From: Marsupella aquatica
Taxonomy: Eukaryota; Plantae; Marchantiophyta
Direction: 5' to 3'
DNA: 64,000 bases
Assembly: GCA_973895155.1 (NCBI GenBank)
Contig: OZ316893.1
Coordinates: 18,728,857-18,792,856 of the forward strand
Part shown: in pieces, positions 60,424 through 64,000 of the stretch
Numbering within the stretch: the stretch's first letter is position 1
Layout: every line of letters begins with the position of its first letter
Position numbers and translations under genes: made by a program
Notes under the pieces: model-generated
Database searches by the model: none
The model's input: only the letters and a program-made list of their open reading frames with translations
What the model was told of the DNA's origin: nothing

Positions 60424-63400
60424 TCACTGCAGACTAACATACTCTGATGGCCAAAGCACAAGAGATCCTACTGCATCTGCAATTATTTCCTGAGGTGGAT
60501 CATCGTCTCTATTCGGAAATGGCAAATTACAATCAGATACAATCACTGTAGTCAACAACACTACTACATGGTCATCCGGGACCACTTTGCCATGGAATTT
60601 TGCATGATCCGGTCGCAAAATGCCTGTACCCACACATACCTGCGAGTCATCCTCCCATGATAGAAGATTATGGACTGGCTCTGCTGTGGCTATCACCTCC
60701 ACCTTACCCTGGCTGTTTTTCTTGGCTTTCCTGGGTGGCTTATACATGACATTATTCATACCTTGGTTGCGAGTCATGACTTTGGCACGAGTGTTTTGTG
60801 CTGGTGATCGAGAATTGGCTACACTCTTCTTCAAAGAATCTGCATCCATATTTGACACTTCTGATTGTGTAGCAGGATTTCCCTGCGACATCATCTCAGT
60901 ATCTGCCAACATTGTACTTGCTTCAATTGAAGCATCTACAATCTTACTTGCATCCAATGTTGCTCCCAAGTTTCGACGTCGCTTCACCCTGCTCCCACTT
61001 GGTTGAGAGTCTGTCAACTCTGCATCAACTACAATTCAGTGTCATGTCCAACATAAGTCAATCACTCATCACATGTGCTAAATGTACATGTCACCAACCA
61101 CAAAGTTGTCACTATCTCCTTACCATTATGAACAGCCTTCTTCCCCTTCTTTGCCATTGCCATATGCTCCATGTCTGCTTCTGTTGATCAATAAACACAC
61201 CACAATATTCAAGTTGAATCTATTAACCACTGAATTGTTTTTCAACATTCATATAGAGGAATTTAAAGCATCAGCTTACCTGATACCTCCTTGGCTATGG
61301 TCACTGAGGCACTGGGCACATCTTCTTCATTATTGCTCTTTGAATCACCTGATACATCAATCATGATGTCACTTCAGATCCCAGTTCATCCAACCAGTTC
61401 TTACAGAAAAGATTACCTCCAACCGGCTTAAGCTTCACAAAACTCCATGCACTTTTCAAATGTAATGTACTGGATCATAGCAGGTTACCTGTCTCAGCAA
61501 CCTTCTTGCCCTTCTGCTTACTGATTACAGGGTCCTTCTCTGCCTCCACTCTTTCTGCATTCAAACCATTCACTCAATTCATGAAAACTTACTTCTAACA
61601 TTTGAACATAGGACACAATGAACAATGGGCCGGTGTCATTTCCATACCTGTGTCAGATTTGCCAATTCCCTTTTTTGTTAACAAGGGCACACTTTGTACA
61701 ATGTTGCCCTCATTGTTTGGTTGGGAACCACCCAATTTTTCAATCACAAGCTTGAAATTAGATTCCACTGATGCAAGAAGGTTCGCTACAGATGCCTCCA
61801 CAATATCCAAACGATCAGCCAATTTACTTTCCACTCGAGGGAGTCCACACTCTAATGACTTCAACCGTTCACACATCTCTGTGAGAGTTGTAACAGTTCC
61901 CTGTCATAACACAGCTTACATATCTCAGATAACTGTCCCCAAGAACTGGTTGCTTACTTCCTACTACATTTCTTTCTGATGCTCAAGGCCAAATAGTCAC
62001 AGAACATACAGAATTACAATATAATCACCTGTTTGGAAGTTACACTTGTCACCTCACTCCTTTGTTTCATGAACTCCTCTCTCACTTCTTGTGCTGATGG
62101 TTCTTCACCTGTCAATTTCTTCTGCAGTCCACATCAACATACATATGAATGAAACCAAGTGTTGATTGTCAATGAAAATGTAATAATGGTAGCAAGATGA
62201 TAAGTTTGAGGCTTACTATCAGGCATGTCACTGCCTTACCAATTGTTCTTTCACTGGAGCATAACTTCCTCTCCCAGCCTGTGAAAGGTGTTTCACTTTG
62301 CCTCGAGCATTTGACATCAGTTCACTCTTGCTCTGTCCAGCCTCCGACATGAACCCTTTGATTAACCGTGTCCATTGATCCAGTTCCAATGATGGGGGTG
62401 GTGGCATTCTCCTGTTAGAACCATTGTCTATCCACATCCTTTTCAACCTATGCCTCTCTTGTTTCAAAATCCTCATTGCATAATCTGATATGCAATCTTC
62501 AACTGGGCCCTTACCATCATTACCAACATACTCCCACCGTTCAAGAATGTCCTTGCAGATAGCAGCCCAATCAGCTTTGTTCTGACTCCTAAACTCTGTA
62601 ATGCTCAAATCTAACCAACGCAATACTTCTCCTCTTAGGTCAGAATGCCAACGGTTCTTACCATCACATGTGGGAGTTATCCAACCTTCGGAATTCACTT
62701 CTACTTTACCAAATTTGTTACTGTCTCCTGCCTTGGTACTCCCTGAAGTGCTACTAGGTGTCCCTCCACGGCCTGGTGTCCCCCCACGGCCTGGGGTCCC
62801 TCCACGGCCTGATCTCCCCCCACGGCCTGGATTGCATTGTCCAAACCTCCCTGGAGTCCCTGCACATTTACAGGATCCATTTACAGTCACTTACATTAGG
62901 TAAGTATGAATCATAAATCCCGCTGCCAAATATACAGTGGACTTCAGAGCAATTCTGCAATGACCAAGTTACCTCTCCCTTGGCGCATAGATGGTTCTGG
63001 ACCACCTGTCCTATTGCTTTGTCTTGATGAATTAGGGGCGTTTCTCCCGCCTGTGAATGATTGCCTACTATCTGAACGTGGATGGCCTTTGTTGTTTTCG
63101 TGATTGTCCCAATCAGAGTCTGCATACCAACAGGTACATGCCACACTCATGGACCTGTAAGATAAACTCTTTGCCCTAGCTACACATCAGATAAGTGCAT
63201 ATTGAGCTAAATCTCTACTACCATCACAAAATCACTAGCACAAGGCACTTACTTGTCCAATCATCCTCCTCACCTTTCCATTGCCCTCTGTACCCGTCTC
63301 TACCACGCTCTGGGTGTTCATATTCATCCCATCCATCTTCTGCTCCATCATAGTCATCATCATAATTATCAGGCGTCCCTTGCCAATAACTCTGGCTCCT

Positions 63401-63595
63401 TCTAGGGTATGGATTATGTGATTTCTCTCTAGCTGCCCACCTACCTGGGACTTGATGAGGGCCCTGTGCATCTTGCACAGGTGCATTTTTCTGTGAGCCC
63501 CCTGCATTTGGGTCTCCATCCATATCCAATCTTTCCTCTTCACACCACTCTCCAAGCCCCATGTCTGTCTCCATGTCATCACCCTCTTCCCCCAT
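60424..63595 (-). CDS. tnpA: TnpA-like multi-exon gene of CACTA-1 copy b
   Basis: It mirrors 13234-16405. Confidence 0.8.
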
Positions 63596-63772
63596 AGCTT
63601 CTGCACAGCACCCACAACCAAACAGGGAGAATCAGCACACTAAATTCAAAGTATCAATCAATTTCATGCATATCCAACTATCCTAAACATCATTCCAGGC
63701 AGCAATTCCCGTTCTGTGACTCTGTGCAGGTAGTCATCCTCAACCTCATACTTGCCAATCGCCAGTTGTTGC

Positions 63773-64000
63773 CTATTGCAAATCATCAACCTCATCATAT
63801 TCCATTTGCCCAGGTTCATCATATGTCTCTCTCAATGTTAAGGGGATGTAGTCAGTCCCTGCCCGAGTTGGAAGTACAATCTCATGACTAGGATGCTCGA
63901 ATGCAGCATGGTCATCCAAACTGAACTCTACTTTACTTCCATCCATCCGCCTGTTCCGTGCTTGGCTATGGCATACCACCCTCCAGCCATGTGACTCCTC
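63773..64000 (-). CDS. tnpD: C-terminus of the TnpD transposase of copy b (partial; open through the codon that is a stop in copy a)
   Basis: It reads EESHGWRVVCHSQAR...; TGG at 63985-63983 corresponds to TAG at 12844-12846. Confidence 0.9.
   Translation of the reverse strand, partial: EESHGWRVVCHSQARNRRMDGSKVEFSLDDHAAFEHPSHEIVLPTRAGTDYIPLTLRETYDEPGQMEYDEVDDLQ

Larger units (their letters stand above)
59596..64000 (-). mobile_element. CACTA-1 copy b (inverted, near-identical to 12829-17232), running off the window
   Basis: CACTAGTAGAAACCGGGGGGTATTTAGACCCC starts at 59596 (left flank TTT). The ORF translations mirror those at 12850-16581 with only scattered substitutions. Confidence 0.97.

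Noticed and set aside
1-64000. tRNA, rRNA or intact host protein-coding genes
   Set aside because: None was recognisable. tRNA-complementary sequence is limited to retrotransposon PBS motifs.

Overview
This is a eukaryotic, transposon-saturated window with GT-AG introns and no intact host gene. It is plant DNA, and the element mix suggests a non-seed plant such as a fern (inference). The nesting can be read from termini, target-site duplications (TSDs) and rejoined reading frames. (1) A degenerate minus-strand Ty1/Copia (Copia-A, 1 to ~27420) is split by three insertions: a complete 16.36-kb CACTA/En-Spm element (875-17232, TSD AAT), a ~6.1-kb L1-type LINE (20361-26482) and a 287-bp MITE with an 8-bp TSD (26504-26790). 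(2) An orphan, probably retrotransposon-associated pseudogene lies at 33.7-36.2 kb. (3) An intron-containing Plavaka-type transposase pseudogene (45697 to 36624, minus strand) is split by a full-length Copia-B (36781-43158, 344-bp LTRs, TSD TGTTG) and a palindromic MITE, with a Bianca-like non-autonomous LTR element just upstream. (4) The 3' arm of a second, diverged CACTA family lies at 49107 to ~52035. (5) A Sola2-like DDD transposase pseudogene (55400-58744) is accompanied by a partial second copy. (6) A near-identical inverted copy of the first CACTA starts at 59596 and runs off the window. The main finding is that, upstream of its transposase, the CACTA carries a co-oriented cargo cassette: an intact, intronless stand-alone EDM2-like PHD-finger cassette, a tandem-BRCT protein resembling the Pol lambda BRCT, and an F-box-motif protein. 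This is a candidate transposon-encoded anti-silencing or host-manipulation module. All family assignments come from motif recognition by eye; no database searches were run.
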